Source: Nitrososphaera viennensis EN76
GTDB taxonomy: Archaea > Thermoproteota > Nitrososphaeria > Nitrososphaerales > Nitrososphaeraceae
Assembly: GCF_000698785.1 (NCBI RefSeq)
Contig: NZ_CP007536.1
Location: forward strand, 150,001 to 182,000
Direction: 5' to 3'
DNA length: 32,000 nt
The position numbers were made by a program, and so were the translations under genes. A model generated the notes under the pieces. That model was not told the DNA's origin. It saw only the letters and a list, made by a program, of their open reading frames with translations, and searched no databases. Within the stretch, counting starts at the first letter, position 1, and every line of letters starts with the position of its first letter. Positions 31,758 to 32,000 of this stretch are shown piece by piece.

Positions 31758-32000
31758 ATGGCCCGCGAGCAGGACAACAACGACATTGAAAGGATGCTCC
31801 GGGAGCTGCACTCATCATACCTGAAGGGAAACGAGTACGACGAGGGCGACCCTATTTTCTACCGGATAAACTACCGGCTTGCAGACGCCTTTGCCCTCAC
31901 CAAAGAGGAGGCCGAGCGCCACCACGCAGAATACCACCGGAAAAACCCGCGGCGCGTGTCGGAGGGATTCTGCGACGCTTGCAATAGAATAGTCGGGATC
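31758..32000 (+). CDS. Hypothetical protein, 5' part only (runs off the window)
   Basis: ATG at 31758, 11 nt after the hemerythrin stop. 81 open codons to the window end (MAREQDNNDIERMLRELHSSY...CDACNRIVGI). Confidence 0.45.
   Translation, partial: MAREQDNNDIERMLRELHSSYLKGNEYDEGDPIFYRINYRLADAFALTKEEAERHHAEYHRKNPRRVSEGFCDACNRIVGI

Noticed and set aside
31175-31786. 203-aa minus-strand ORF opposite the hemerythrin gene
   Set aside because: The plus frame carries all the hemerythrin metal-ligand motifs. The minus frame is Leu/Arg/Cys-rich without motifs.
1-32000. CRISPR arrays, cas genes, rRNA genes, integrase/transposase/Cas1, and toxin-antitoxin pairs other than the AbrB-like fragment
   Set aside because: I scanned spacers and all listed ORFs on both strands. 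No regularly spaced repeat array was found. No R-H-R-Y, DDE or Cas1-like protein was recognisable.

Overview
This is an archaeal chromosome segment. It has a clear TFB gene, and A/T-rich TATA-like boxes sit about 26-33 nt upstream of many start codons, which is leaderless-type spacing. Gene content and mid-range GC suggest a Nitrososphaera-like thaumarchaeon, but that is inference only and no search was run.

Layout:
(i) 1-6.9 kb holds conserved-looking genes: a CHASE-domain histidine kinase, TFB, a 34-aa basic protein, RpiA, MscL and a hydantoinase-like amidohydrolase.
(ii) tRNA-Ala(CGC) lies at 6878-6950. It is followed by a visibly AT-richer, ORF-poor tract (6951 to about 10660). This tract carries two strong and one weak extra copy of the tRNA 3' end, inverted-repeat termini, tiny Zn-ribbon/C2H2/AbrB-like ORFs and stop-riddled frames. 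I read it as stacked remnants of integrated mobile elements with no surviving integrase.
(iii) 10.6-21.8 kb is an accessory-looking block with unusually long non-coding spacers. It encodes a polysaccharide deacetylase, a sequon-repeat surface glycoprotein, two small wHTH proteins, a patatin-like phospholipase plus a small membrane protein, a cupin, C2H2 zinc-finger proteins and malic enzyme.
(iv) 21.8-32 kb encodes a membrane HExxH protein, a ZIP transporter, a deaminase with a long unexplained extension, a divergent pair of output-less Cache proteins, a GNAT, a Gpt-like PRTase, a translationally coupled Zn-ribbon pair, a muconolactone-isomerase-like protein and a hemerythrin.

I found no rRNA, CRISPR array, cas gene, integrase, transposase or recognisable multi-gene defence operon. 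The best candidates for something new are the tRNA-Ala-linked repeat/TIR architecture, the patatin plus membrane-protein pair, the extended deaminase and the Cache-only pair. All functional calls rest on motifs read by eye. No database search was possible.
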